Source of the DNA: Azolla caroliniana
Lineage: Eukaryota; Plantae; Polypodiophyta
Assembly: GCA_043228905.1 (NCBI GenBank)
Contig: JBHGNT010000007.1
Span: 20,274,001-20,338,000, forward strand
Reading direction: 5' to 3'
DNA length: 64,000 bases
Numbering within the stretch: position 1 is the stretch's first letter; each line of letters begins with the position of its first letter. The position numbers were made by a program, and so were the translations under genes. Positions 35,530-46,920 of the stretch are shown piece after piece. Below the pieces are notes generated by a model that did no database searches, was not told where the DNA came from, and worked only from the letters and a program-made list of their open reading frames with translations.

Positions 35530-35916
35530 GATCACATACCGTCATTTAAAATATTTTTTTTAAAAAAAAAAAAAAAAAATCATTAAAAATCATTAAAAAT
35601 CGAGGTATGAACGGACGTGAAAGCAAGGAGCGAAAAGGTACGAAGTGGGCATTTAAGAGCCGCCACGCTACTTAATACTAAATTGGTACACGACGTGTGC
35701 ATGCTCGAAAAAGGCGCCAAAACGCACAAAGAAGAAGCAGAACGCATGGAAACCTTTTCATTTCGCGAGCCAAGAAGCACAGAAGCACCAAGGCGGTGGA
35801 AGCTTACCAAACGCGAACTTGCACTCAGAGAACCCCCACGTTCGGAACTCTCTATCTCTCGCTCTCACTCTCATCACCACTCTACCTCACCATCTTTCCT
35901 CGACCTCGAAGCAGAC

Positions 35917-38514
35917 ATGGAACCACAAACGCTGTCGGAAGCGGCCAGGAAATGGTTCAGACAACACGGACTGGATGGGTTCTTGACCATCATGGAGGCA
36001 CCACCGCACAGAGAAGCCGACCGGGTCATCAAGGAGCTCGACACGGAAGTCATCACCGAGGAAGCGATCCGTGCGCTAACAGGCCTTCCGGAGGGAGGTA
36101 TTTTTCAGATTGATAACCCAACCTCGGAGCAACTCATCCGATATTTCGGTGAGTACTCTGTAGCCGGCAAAGGCTATCGAACGCAGGGCGGCGAAGATCC
36201 GCTATTCAGGGAGATAGCTCGAGTGCTCCATGAGTACGGCCACGTGTACCCCCGACCCCCTGTCATGCCAAAAAATCGGGCAGGGATGATCATAGCCACC
36301 TATGAAGGGATCAAGGTGGACTGGCCGGTGTTGATTGCAGACGGTTTGTGCACGGCAATCGACATGGTACGAGGAAAGGACGGCAAGGAGGGCCGGAAGC
36401 TGTGGCATGCCATAGCTCAGTGGATAACATTGCTCGTGCCGCCGATCGAGACCGTTCAGCCAAAGAAGCGGCCAAGATTATCGGAAGGAAGCACCTCGAA
36501 GCCGGCGTCCAAACGATAGCAGTTGCTGGCGTCGAAGGCGACGAAAGGGAAGAAACAGCTCCCAGAACCGGAGGAGGTGTCACCGGTCCGACCCGTTAAG
36601 ATAACCATACGGCGACCGGGACAGAAGGAACCGGAACCCTTGACGGCACAGAAACATGACGTTACCCAGGAAGAGGAAACGGAGGAGCCAGAAGAGCACC
36701 TCCAATGACGGTCAAGAAGTAGGACCGCCGGGACAGCGGGGGAGCGGTCGGACCCGCAAAAGGAAGAAACGCCCCCAACTCAACCTGAGCAAACCACAAG
36801 GGAGGAACCGGAACCGGTGCGTATGGAACCGGCCTTGTCGACGGCTCCGGAGACGGCGAGAACCGGAACTCAACAGCCGGCGAGCCCAGCCAGCACACAC
36901 GGCGGCCAAGGAGTAGAACCAGAATAGCAGATACAGGCACTCAGGCCAGACAATTCCACAGTGAATGAGCCGACCCGACCAGTACAGCAGCAAGGCACCA
37001 GTAGCATGTGGCTACGGTGGGTAGGCGAGCAAATCGCCGGAGCGGTCGAGTACATAGAGGCGGAGGAGAGAGCGCACCAAGAACGGTTGCTCGTCACAAC
37101 CGTAGATCTAGAGACGGCCCGGTCCAGAATCCGGAGCCTTGAACAAGACTTGGACAGGGTCACAAGGGAAATGGCTCAATTGGCTTTGACAACACAAGTC
37201 CAAGCACCGGTGACTCCGGGCAATGTACAGAATAAAGCGTCAGATCAACCTGTACATAGCAATCAGACCCCGGCAACGGAAACTGTTCCGGACAGAAATG
37301 CGACACAAGCCCAAGAGCTTGCGGACTTAAAGGATGAGCTAGCTGCCCAAGAAGCGCTGAGGAGCCGCGAAAGAGAGTTGAAGACGGCAGTGGAGGCAGA
37401 ACTCAAAAAGACTGCTGAGAAGCTACGCTTGGCCGAGGAGAGCTTACGAAAAGGCCACCAAGCGTACGACCGGCTCAAGGAGGAGAAGGAGAAAATGCTG
37501 CAAGAGAAGGACAGGCTCCGGAGAAACGCCGAAACAGAAGTAGAGCGCCTGAAAGAGGAACTCCGGCAGGTAAAGGACCGGGAGGACCGGAACCATCGCC
37601 AGATCAACGGCAAGCTCAAACAAAAAACGGAGGAATTTGAGCACTTGCACCGGGAGTATAAACGGTTGCAAACGGAGCACAAGGAACGGACGGATGAGCT
37701 CCGACAAGCAGTTGATCGGACCGCAACCGCATACGCTAAGGAACAAGCGGAAACCAGAAGACGGTTGGAAGAGGCGGAGAAGGTTCGGACAGAGCTCCTC
37801 AGGCAACAGCAGGCGGAAAAAGAAAGAGCGGCGGAGGTACTGCAGAGGCTGCAAACAACATATCAAGGGCAGCTGACGCGTTACAGAGAGCAGGCGGAGG
37901 ATACGGCTAATCTCATCAAGCAGTTGAAGGAGGAACGGCAAGTGGTGGAAAGTAGAGCGCAAATGGGAGCAAGTCGCATCCAGGATATCATGCGGGCCTG
38001 GTTGAACCAGACCAAGAGCTTGATTGACAACGGTTCCGTCAAATGGTGGACCAAGTGGGCCACGAACGCGGCGGAACTCCAATTGCTCCGGGCCGACGTA
38101 GAGAACCGGCGGAAGGAGGGAGATGATTGCTATATGCTGACTTCCGAATACTTCACAGGCATAAGAGATGAGCTGGCCGAAGACTTTCAAGCCTTGGCAG
38201 AGGACCAACTAGAGCAAGTCCGGCAACTTGTAGCTCAGCTGGACGACGACAGGCTGGAGGCGCAGATCCAGTTTGAAAGCTACGAGAGGTCCCGGATCCG
38301 GGAAGAGAAAGCACGAGAACCGGTTACGGTCAACCTCAGTGATGAGGAACCGTTACTGGAAGGGGACCGGACCGGAAGCAGTCAAACGGAGATGCCGGAG
38401 TCAGAGAAACAAACGGAGCAGCCGCCTATAGAGCAGCCGGAGCAGTCTCAGTCCCAACCGCAACCACAGCAGCAGCAGCAAGCACAGCCGCAACAACCAC
38501 AACCGGAAGAATAA
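35917..38514 (+). pseudogene. Extra 3' ORF (~865 codons, 3 in-frame stops): plant-mobile-domain-like N-terminus, disordered linker, long coiled coil, Q/P tail
   Basis: ORFs 35617-36519, 36523-36708 and 36961-38514 share one frame, with stops at 36517, 36706 and 36925. ITEEAIRALTGLP and KVDWPVLIADGL resemble PMD-type motifs. Confidence 0.65.
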
Positions 38515-39038
38515 TTGGAAACTCTGGAACAAAGTATTTTGGACAATTTGGGTGAACAATGAAGGGGCCGAGAAGGGTTCGACGTACAAGGTACTGTCCC
38601 ACGGGCGTGCCATGTGTTACCGGCCGGCAAGGAGTCCAAAATACGGAGTGAAGGAGTTAATTAAGTATGGTTGTAAATAAGCATAGTGTGGACGGACGGA
38701 CTGGAAACGGTATGCCGTTCCAGATCCGGACGGATCGCGAATAGGTGCGATAGGCACCGTTTTGTACTACGGGCCGGAAACCTATTTAAAGGCCTGGACC
38801 CCATTGTAATCGCAGCGGATAATTAATAGAGCATATGGTGTTTATACTTCTGTGTTGATTTCCGTTCTGTAATTACTGTTATATCTTACGCGTGTAATTA
38901 ACCAAAGCACTCTAATCGTGTAACCTACGTAAGTCGGTGTAATCGTTGAATCTTAATCCTATGCCGTAATCACCCTTTGGTGAAGTGTCTCCGTGACACC
39001 TTGTGTTAGGCCTTGTCCGGTCAGAGTATAACACTTAT

Positions 39039-40873
39039 CCTTGTTGCTAGAAGCTCTTCTCGACTTATCTCGTTTTCCCACGATATCGCTACCCATGACG
39101 CGATCGTGTCTTCAATGGGCATCATCGGCTTTTGTCCGTACATGAGTTCAGATGGCATGAAACTTGTAACTGAATTGTGAGTTGTTTTGTTGACCCACAA
39201 GGCATAAGGTAGTAACCGAGGCTAGTTCCCGACTCGCCCATCGCAAGCTCTTACAATGGCTTTTACGATAGGTCCGTGTCCGCATTCTATCTTTCCATTA
39301 GCCTCCGGGTTATAAGCAGTCGTGAGAGAGAGCTTCACTCCAAGTCGTTCAAAGAGCTCTATAGCTTCGTGAGTGTTCAACTCTCCGTTGTAGGCCACTA
39401 TCTTTCCCACACATCCGTACCAGCAGATGACATCTTCGAGTAAGAATTTACACACCCCCGTCGTCGTTTTGTTTGCTAAGGCTCGCCCTTCTACTTGGTT
39501 TGTTAGGTCTTCTCTTGCTAGCACCAAATATTTCATTTGGCCTACTCCCATCGGCATCGAAACCAAATCCACCATCCATTTGAAGTGTATGGTGAGTGGG
39601 TACGTCAGGTGCAACTCATCACTATGACGTATGTTCGAGTGTATCTAGCAGCTTTCACATGTCCCCACGAAATGGGTGACATCCTTGTACATTCCTGGCC
39701 ACCAATACTTCTCCTTTAACTTCTCGAATGTTGCCCACGTTCCTCTATGGACCGCCCAAGGGCTCTCATGGAACTTAGACACCAATGTTGTCTGGTCCTC
39801 TTCCTTGATGACCACTCGTTGTGGCATCCATGTCCTTCTCTTTGGGTGCCTCCAGAGGAATCCCCTTCGTAGGAAGTACTTGTATGCTTTCTTTCGGACT
39901 CTCTGTGCTTCCTCCTTCGACCATGAACTATCCACTGTCATTGAGCTTAAGAACTTGCCAATGTGTATCCACTCCCCTTCGTATTCACTTTCGTTGAAGG
40001 CGTGGAGTACGCGCACATCTCGATCATCTATAGACGCTTGGGCCATATTAAAGAAGTCAAGAGCGACATCCTCATCTTCAGATACCATTTCTCTTTCACC
40101 CTCAAATTTTGTTGTCCATAGCGTATCTGCCATGGCATTGTTCTTCCCTGAAATGTGGTGAATCTCCACGTTCATTGATTTGATGTAAGCAATCCATCTT
40201 AGCATAGTTAAGTTAGGTGTTGCACATCCCGAAACCATCTGTAGGATTGGAAGGCAATCCGTCTCTATTACCACCTCTAACCCGATTAGGTAATCTTTAT
40301 CCGCCTTCACTGCGGACACAATACCCCAAAGCTCACGTTCTACTTGGGAGTATCCTCATTGTCGCTCGCTTAAGACCTTGGCTCCGAACCGGATGGCGTA
40401 GCGTGCACCACCCTCTCCTTCTTGGTTGATGACCCATCTGATCCCTGTTGGACTCGTATCTACCGTCACGTAGATGGGCACCCCTTCCTTGTATACGGCT
40501 TTTCGTAAAGTTGGAGCCGCTACCAACATTCCTTTGAGCCTCTTCATTGCCTCAGTGTGCTCTCCCTCCCACTTGAACTTCTGCCCCTTCTTGAGTAGCC
40601 CATACAAAGGCTCGGTTAGGTGAGCGTAGTGCGAGATCCAGATGTGGTGGAATGCACAGGCACCAAGAAATTGCCTCACCTCTATCTGCGATTTACATTC
40701 TTCCCTCATGTCTGTGATGGCATCCACCTTTGCCGGGGATGGCTTCCGTCCGTACTCCCCACACAAGTGTCCCACCACAAGAATCTATGCTTGGCCGAAT
40801 GCCGATTTCTCACCTGAGAAGGTCAAGCGTGCATCTTCGAGTCTTTGGAGAACCTTCTCGCAATTGAAGAGTG
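39039..40873 (-). pseudogene. RT C-terminus, RNase H and integrase fragments of the large element
   Basis: RQFLGAC, VTVDTSPTG, IETDCLP, FHESPWAVHRG, KWMVDLV, AREDLTNQVEGRAL, NPEANGKIE. Confidence 0.85.
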
Positions 40874-41590
40874 ATCTGCCATAGCAATGGGCACGGTTTT
40901 GGCTCAAACCGATCTGAACCATTAAACCATGGCTTAACAATTTATCATTTCAAATATAAATAGACAATTTGGTTTGGTTTAAAAAGTGTGGTCGGTTTGG
41001 TTCGGTTTTAAACTTGACAGTTTATCGGTTCCTTATATATGTGGTTCGGTTTATAGGTTTATAGGTTCATACATACCCCTAGCCCTTGGGCCCTAATTTT
41101 TCACACTAGTCTCTAAGTTCCCACTTTTCAGTGCTCACTTTCAACTTTTAATTTTAAAAATTAAACCTCATCCCTCTCTCACGACTCACTGATTCATCTG
41201 TGCAAGAAATTTGAAAATGAAGTGCACTCTGCAGGCGGCAACAAGCTAACAGGCTACAACCACTTCATCCCTCTTCCTATCATTCTATCTTCCTCGCGTA
41301 TCATACCTCCATACTCCACTCTGATCTTCTACCTCAACCTCTTATTGTTGCTACTATAACATAGGTATGGATCAAACACCCTCTCTCTCACACATAGGTT
41401 GTCTATCTTGGTAATATTCAAGAATATTATTATTGAAGGAGGAAACAATGTATTTGAATGATTTCCTTATGATATACTGGGATGGATGTATATTCTGTAC
41501 TTAATACTGCCTGAGATACACTCTGATTTGTTAGCTTTTTGTGAGCTTGTGTGTACATATCCATGATGTGATCCTTTACTCTTTCAATAG

Positions 41591-43487
41591 GACCACTTGC
41601 TTCTAGAAAGATTCCCAAGGTAAACTTGATATAGATGAGGATGTATCATCTATTTCAGATGTATGTGAGCTATAGAGATATGTAGAGATAATGTTTTTGC
41701 TATTTGTTTTCCTACTATATATCGTTGAGTTGACTATTAGAAGATATAATCTAATAATGATTGAAGTCTAACTTGTTTGGTTGTGTTACAAGTTACACCT
41801 TAAATGGATATGTTCATCCATTTGTTTTATGCTTTTTTCTTCAAGCTTCGCTAACTCTATTTTTGGTATGTGGGTCCCAACCTCTAGAGACAAATTTTAA
41901 ACTATGGGAAATATATCACCTAAATACATCCATTTTGGTGTTGTCTCTACTGAATGTGATCACATTCCATTAATTTCAGTTGCCCTTGTTCATGCATATG
42001 GGGGTTGTTCAAGCATGTTGAATGCACATGCATTTTTTTATGAACTTACTGATCCCAACTTAGTTGTATGGAATGTATATATTACGGGCCATGCAAGTGA
42101 AGGAAACTATGTTGTCAGCTTGGAAATGTTTAAATTGTTAAGGATGGTTAGTTTAAGACCTGATGAACTAACATACACATCACTTCTGTCAAGTTGTAGT
42201 TATTCTAGTCTTGTTGACACTGGTTTAGAGTGTTTTTTGTTCATGGGCAAAGATAAGGTAACACCTCACATAAGACTTTATGGAACTTTGGTTGATATGC
42301 TTGGTCGTGCAAGGGATTTCAAAAAGGCAGAGAACTTATTGCAAGAGTTGCCAATACAATCGAATTCTGCCATTTGGTTGTCATTATTAGGTGCTTGTAG
42401 GATACACAACAGCTTACTGCTTGGTAAACAAGCATTTGATAATGCAGTGGTTATGTCACCGGATGATGTTACTGCATATGTCATCATTTCAGATATATAT
42501 GCACAAACAGGTCTACAGTTTCAAAAAACCTATTAATACGCAGAATGGTTCAAAAATTATGTTGTGAGTGTTAGTTTGAGCTATCCTTACGAGGGTGTAA
42601 TATTGATTTCTCCTGACATCCAAATGTTATAGATGAAGATGCAGTGTCTACATCTTATTTACTATTGCATCTTTCGTAGAACCTTTTAGTTGAGAGGGTC
42701 AGTCTCTTCACAAAAAAGAACAGGGAACCTTCAAAATCAAGGCCCCGGCATCCAGAGATTTTCGGTACCACATGATTCTTGCCCTACTTTCAACAATATG
42801 TACATTGAGGTACATTGAGGAGAAGCTCTAGGATTGAAACGTGGATGATTTAAATGAATTGATGAATAGCAAATGTTTAGACATGAATTGATGAATCTAC
42901 TGAAATTCTGTTATTCGGGAAGAGGTAACATCGATAACTTTATTGATCAAGCCATCCAGTTTCTCAGATTTATAGCTTTAGCACAAGGAGTCAAATTCAA
43001 GAAATTTGATCAGAGTATTCGATATTGATGTATGTTAATAGTAGAGAACGACCGGTCACTCGATTATTCAAGTTGAAAGTGATGAGATGAGGAACATTTA
43101 TATCTTTCCTATTTAAAACGAGGATAAGGGAAGACAGAAATAGAAAAGCAGAAAACAAGAAAGTAGTTGGACTTTATAGTGCCAGGAACTCAAATCACTG
43201 CAGATGAGAGAGCGTTTTATCCTACCACTTTTCTATTGACTCTGTTTTCTATTTGTCTCTAATATTATACATACACAATAACACCACAGATTTGATTGAC
43301 CACCTGCTTCTAGAAAAATTCCCAAGGTAAACTTGATATAGATGAGGATGTATCATCTATTTTAGATGTACGTGAGCTATAGAGATATGTAGAGATAATG
43401 TCTTTGCTATTTGTTTTCCTATTATATATCGTTGAATTAAGTATTAGAAGATATAATCTAATAATGATCGAAGTCTGATTTGTTTGG
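41591..43487 (+). repeat. 190-bp direct repeat (41591-41780 and 43298-43487) flanking the PPR fragment
   Basis: GACCAC(T/C)TGCTTCTAGAAA...TTGTTTGG, with scattered mismatches. Confidence 0.9.
41904..42536 (+). pseudogene. Captured C-terminal fragment of a PLS-class PPR (E-domain) RNA-editing factor gene
   Basis: VVWNVYITGHA, RPDELTYTSLLSSCSYSSLVD.G, YGTLVDMLGRA, IWLSLLGACRIH, AYVIISDIYA. Lacks the N-terminal PPR array and targeting peptide. Confidence 0.9.
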
Positions 43488-45481
43488 ATGTTTTAAAAGA
43501 ATCTAATGTTCAGTTGATAGATAATTTTCACACTACTTATGAAGAACTAATAATGAATTTGGATGATCTTGTTGGTGAAGATGAGGTAATAGATTACATC
43601 TTACATGATAGTCAACGGAAAATTAAGGTGTGCATACTTTTTACTTGGTTGTTTTTTATTTGAGACTTTACTTGTTATTTTTATTACTAATTACTTACGT
43701 GTTTTATGTATTTTATGTATTTTATATATACAGGAATCATGTTGATTCTTCACAAGTTAATGACTATGGTGGTTGCAATTGGAGATCCTCAAAGTCAATG
43801 TAATTTTTACTACATACTTTTTACTATTTTGTTTTTTATTCGATTCTTTATAAAAAAATTATTCTGAATTACTTAATTCTTTTACATATTTTATACTTTC
43901 AGGAATCCCTAATTCAAACTTAAAGAAAAGATTGGAAATGAGAAGATGAACATTCATTTACATATATAAGTATAAACTCTATTATATGGATTGTTATTCT
44001 TTAGTTACATATTGGGATTTAAAGTTTGAACACTACTATATGGATTTTATTATCATTCCGAAAAACATTTATCATTTTATGTTATATCTTATCATTTTCT
44101 AAAAATTAGTAATTCTTAGAAAACGGGGTGTGAATTTCTGTTTGTTTTATGATATTTATTATTCTAGAGTATTTGGTTTGGTTGAATTTGTAGATCCGTT
44201 TTCGTTGGATTATGTCAAAACGGTTTGGTTTGGTTTGGTTTGGTTGTATGAAAAACTAGTTTGGTTTTGATTTTTGATAAACCAGTTTCGGTTTGGTTCT
44301 AAATTTTTTGTAAACGGTTTGGTTTCACCTACATTTTAAATGGTTTGGTTTAAACATATCAGCTCTAAACGGTTCAGTTTAAATGGCTTCAAAAAATTTA
44401 AATGGTTTGGTTTGGTTTTTATTATGAATGGTTGGTTTAGTTTGGTTTCAAGGTCAAGAAACCGAACCGTGCCCATTGCTAAGATTCTGCCACAAAACGT
44501 CTGCACCCATCCTCATCCAAGGTTTAATCTTTCTCTGCTTCAGAGCACCCTTTTATGGGGATGTCATCGAGGAATGGCATGGTGATGTCGGGGATGCAAT
44601 CTCTCATACCTTGTTCATTGCATTTACCATGTGGGCTACAGAGTTAGTGCCTCCTTATGGCAAGGTACACATTCACACTAACCCGATAGGGGTCCGCATC
44701 GTCATGATGTCCCTACTCTCCACGGCTAGTTGGAATTGCTCATACCCCGAGTATAGATCACTAATCGAATAAATAGACTGTTACGAGCATGACCATATAA
44801 TATCCCGTGGTAAGAATTTACCGTAGTATTCTATACACGTGGATAAGTGTGAGGGTTAAATGAGAGTGTAAAGAAGGGGAGGATTACTTTTAATCCTCGG
44901 GATTGAGACAACCCATTAGGTCAAGTGTGAACTTGCCTGGGGGCCTTGGGTTTCGCTATAAATAAGAGGCCTAGCTACCCTCATTTGATCATCTTTTGAC
45001 TACATCAAGACTCTGCTCGTGTGGTGGGTCAACTCTTGTAGCGAGCGCGCCAGCACCAGGTACGACTCGACGCCACGGCGGTGGTATGGGACGCCGATCA
45101 AGGCTCGAGTCCGTCTCGATCCCTTCGCTCGGGGGTGGTCGGGTGGATCGGCACCCTTCTTTCTCTTTCTCCTTTCTATCTATCTTTTCATTATCCTTAT
45201 CTTAAGCTTACATTAGTACTATGATCTATAATATTTGGTATCAGATTTTTGTACTAATGTTTCTTTGTTTTTCATTTGTCTTTTGATTGATGTTGATCGA
45301 TCGTTGTGCGGTTGGCCTTGATCCAGACAACGATCAACAAAGAACTTCGGTAACTCTTTCCAGAATTTTTCTTTCTATTCTCTCTTCTCCCATCTAATCA
45401 TGTGTTTAGTTTATATGTAATTTTTTTCATTAAGTCAATGATGTTGTAGTGGTCTTTAATTGATTATCTAAAACGTTTACA

Positions 45482-45745
45482 TATGTGCACGAGGTCAATA
45501 CCTCGTTTGACATGTTAATAATATGTGATGAGTGTCGTATGCGTACGAGGTTAATACCTCAATTACGTATTACGTTCACGAACATATGTTACGTTTGCGT
45601 ATGAGTTTAATACCTTGATTTGTTGTAAACGATATGCGTTTGGTCTCATATGCGTAAGAGGTCAATACCTCCATTGCGTATTACGATGATCTCTTATTTG
45701 TGGATGTTTCGTGTGCGTAGAGGTATATACCTCGATTACGTATCT
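45482..45745 (+). repeat. Five spaced copies of a hairpin-core motif in the chromovirus 5' leader
   Basis: TGCGTANGAGGTYAATACCTC-like core at 45491, 45547, 45603, 45658 and 45720 (55-62 bp period). Confidence 0.8.
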
Positions 45746-46920
45746 CGATCACATCATTTGTGGCTATTTACTATAACGATATGTTGAATATAGGCATATG
45801 TGGTCACATATATACGTATTTGATCGTATATATGTGATAAGTAAACATATGTGTATATTCGTTATTACGTGATTATATCGAAAGTTGTCATGATCGGGAA
45901 AAGGATGTTGGTGGCCGTCCTCACATTTTTGTGAGAATGGCGTTGTCACCATCCCTTTTTCAACATTTTTTTATTGTTGATAACCCCGTTGACGACCTCG
46001 ATTTCGTTACGTAAAGAAACGCCAATAGCCAAAATGATGTTGAGTACGTAGGGCTTGACCCACTTCAAGTGAGGTCGCTCCAATGACGCGCGTATCCAAC
46101 ATCCCTCCCTCGTTACATGGATATGACGCCACCATGAGCTCGTTCTTACGAGAGGCATTCGTAATGACGTGACCATGTGATGGCCCACGTGAGCCTACTA
46201 CGAAACAAGGGCTCATTTGGCTTCACCATTAGGTTGCACTTTGGCATATGCCATCGTAATTACGAGACTTGAGGTTAGGTAACGTACCAACATAGTTTTG
46301 GTAAATGAGGGCGAAATAAGGACCTTGACATATATGTTCTTTTAAAAAAACATATATGATCAATTGCCTCGCATATCTCTTATACGCATCAAACATTAAG
46401 CATTTGAGAAGAGCAACTTACTTGGTTGGCTCAAGTGTTTAATGTATTTGTTCTCGAGGTCTCGAGTTCAAATATGACCAAGACCATACAACATCCTTGA
46501 TACATATGACTATAACACATGTTTAGACTTAAGGTCTAAGTGCACCTCGGGGTCCTCGTAATAGGACTTAAAGAGCCGAAACCACATATGTGGGCACCGC
46601 AACATAGTTTATTGTTAACATTTTTTTCGTGTATAAACTATTCATGACGCGAACATACATGGTTGAGCCTCGGGGAGCCACCATGAAAAAATCGATATAG
46701 AGATCAGGGAAAGACATTTATTTGTCACCCCCATGGTTTTTAAAACACCTTTGTGTTACCATAGTAACCTGATCTTGAACCTCATCTCATACGTCTAGAG
46801 GGGTATTGACGTGAGATAATGATATCGATTAATGCTCGCCCATGATATGTTTACATCACGACATGATGTTATGACTATATCTCTGACCTTATCCTATTTC
46901 TTTTCCAGAAATAATCTTTA

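Larger units (their letters stand above)
22502..39033 (+). mobile_element. Full-length Athila-like (non-chromovirus) Gypsy with an extra 3' ORF
   Basis: 419-bp LTRs at 22502-22920 and 38615-39033 (3 mismatches seen). TSD CTTAT. PBS TGGCGACCAC (tRNA-Arg-like). PR-RT-RH-INT order, DEFPDAELF linker, no extra archaeal-type RNase H and no chromodomain. Confidence 0.92.
40882..44481. mobile_element. Non-autonomous hAT-type DNA transposon carrying a captured gene fragment
   Basis: Perfect 17-bp TIRs TAGCAATGGGCACGGTT (40882-40898 and 44465-44481). Dense GGTTT/AAACC subterminal repeats at both ends. 8-bp target ATCTGCCA on the left, AGAT+TCTGCCA on the right. No transposase ORF. Confidence 0.85.

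Noticed and set aside
35917-38514. Envelope gene
   Set aside because: No signal peptide or hydrophobic transmembrane segment is visible.
41904-42536. Intact host PPR gene
   Set aside because: Only C-terminal motifs are present, inside a TIR element that is itself inside an RT gene.
45482-45745. CRISPR array
   Set aside because: Eukaryotic retrotransposon leader, no cas genes, degenerate repeats and partly related spacers.
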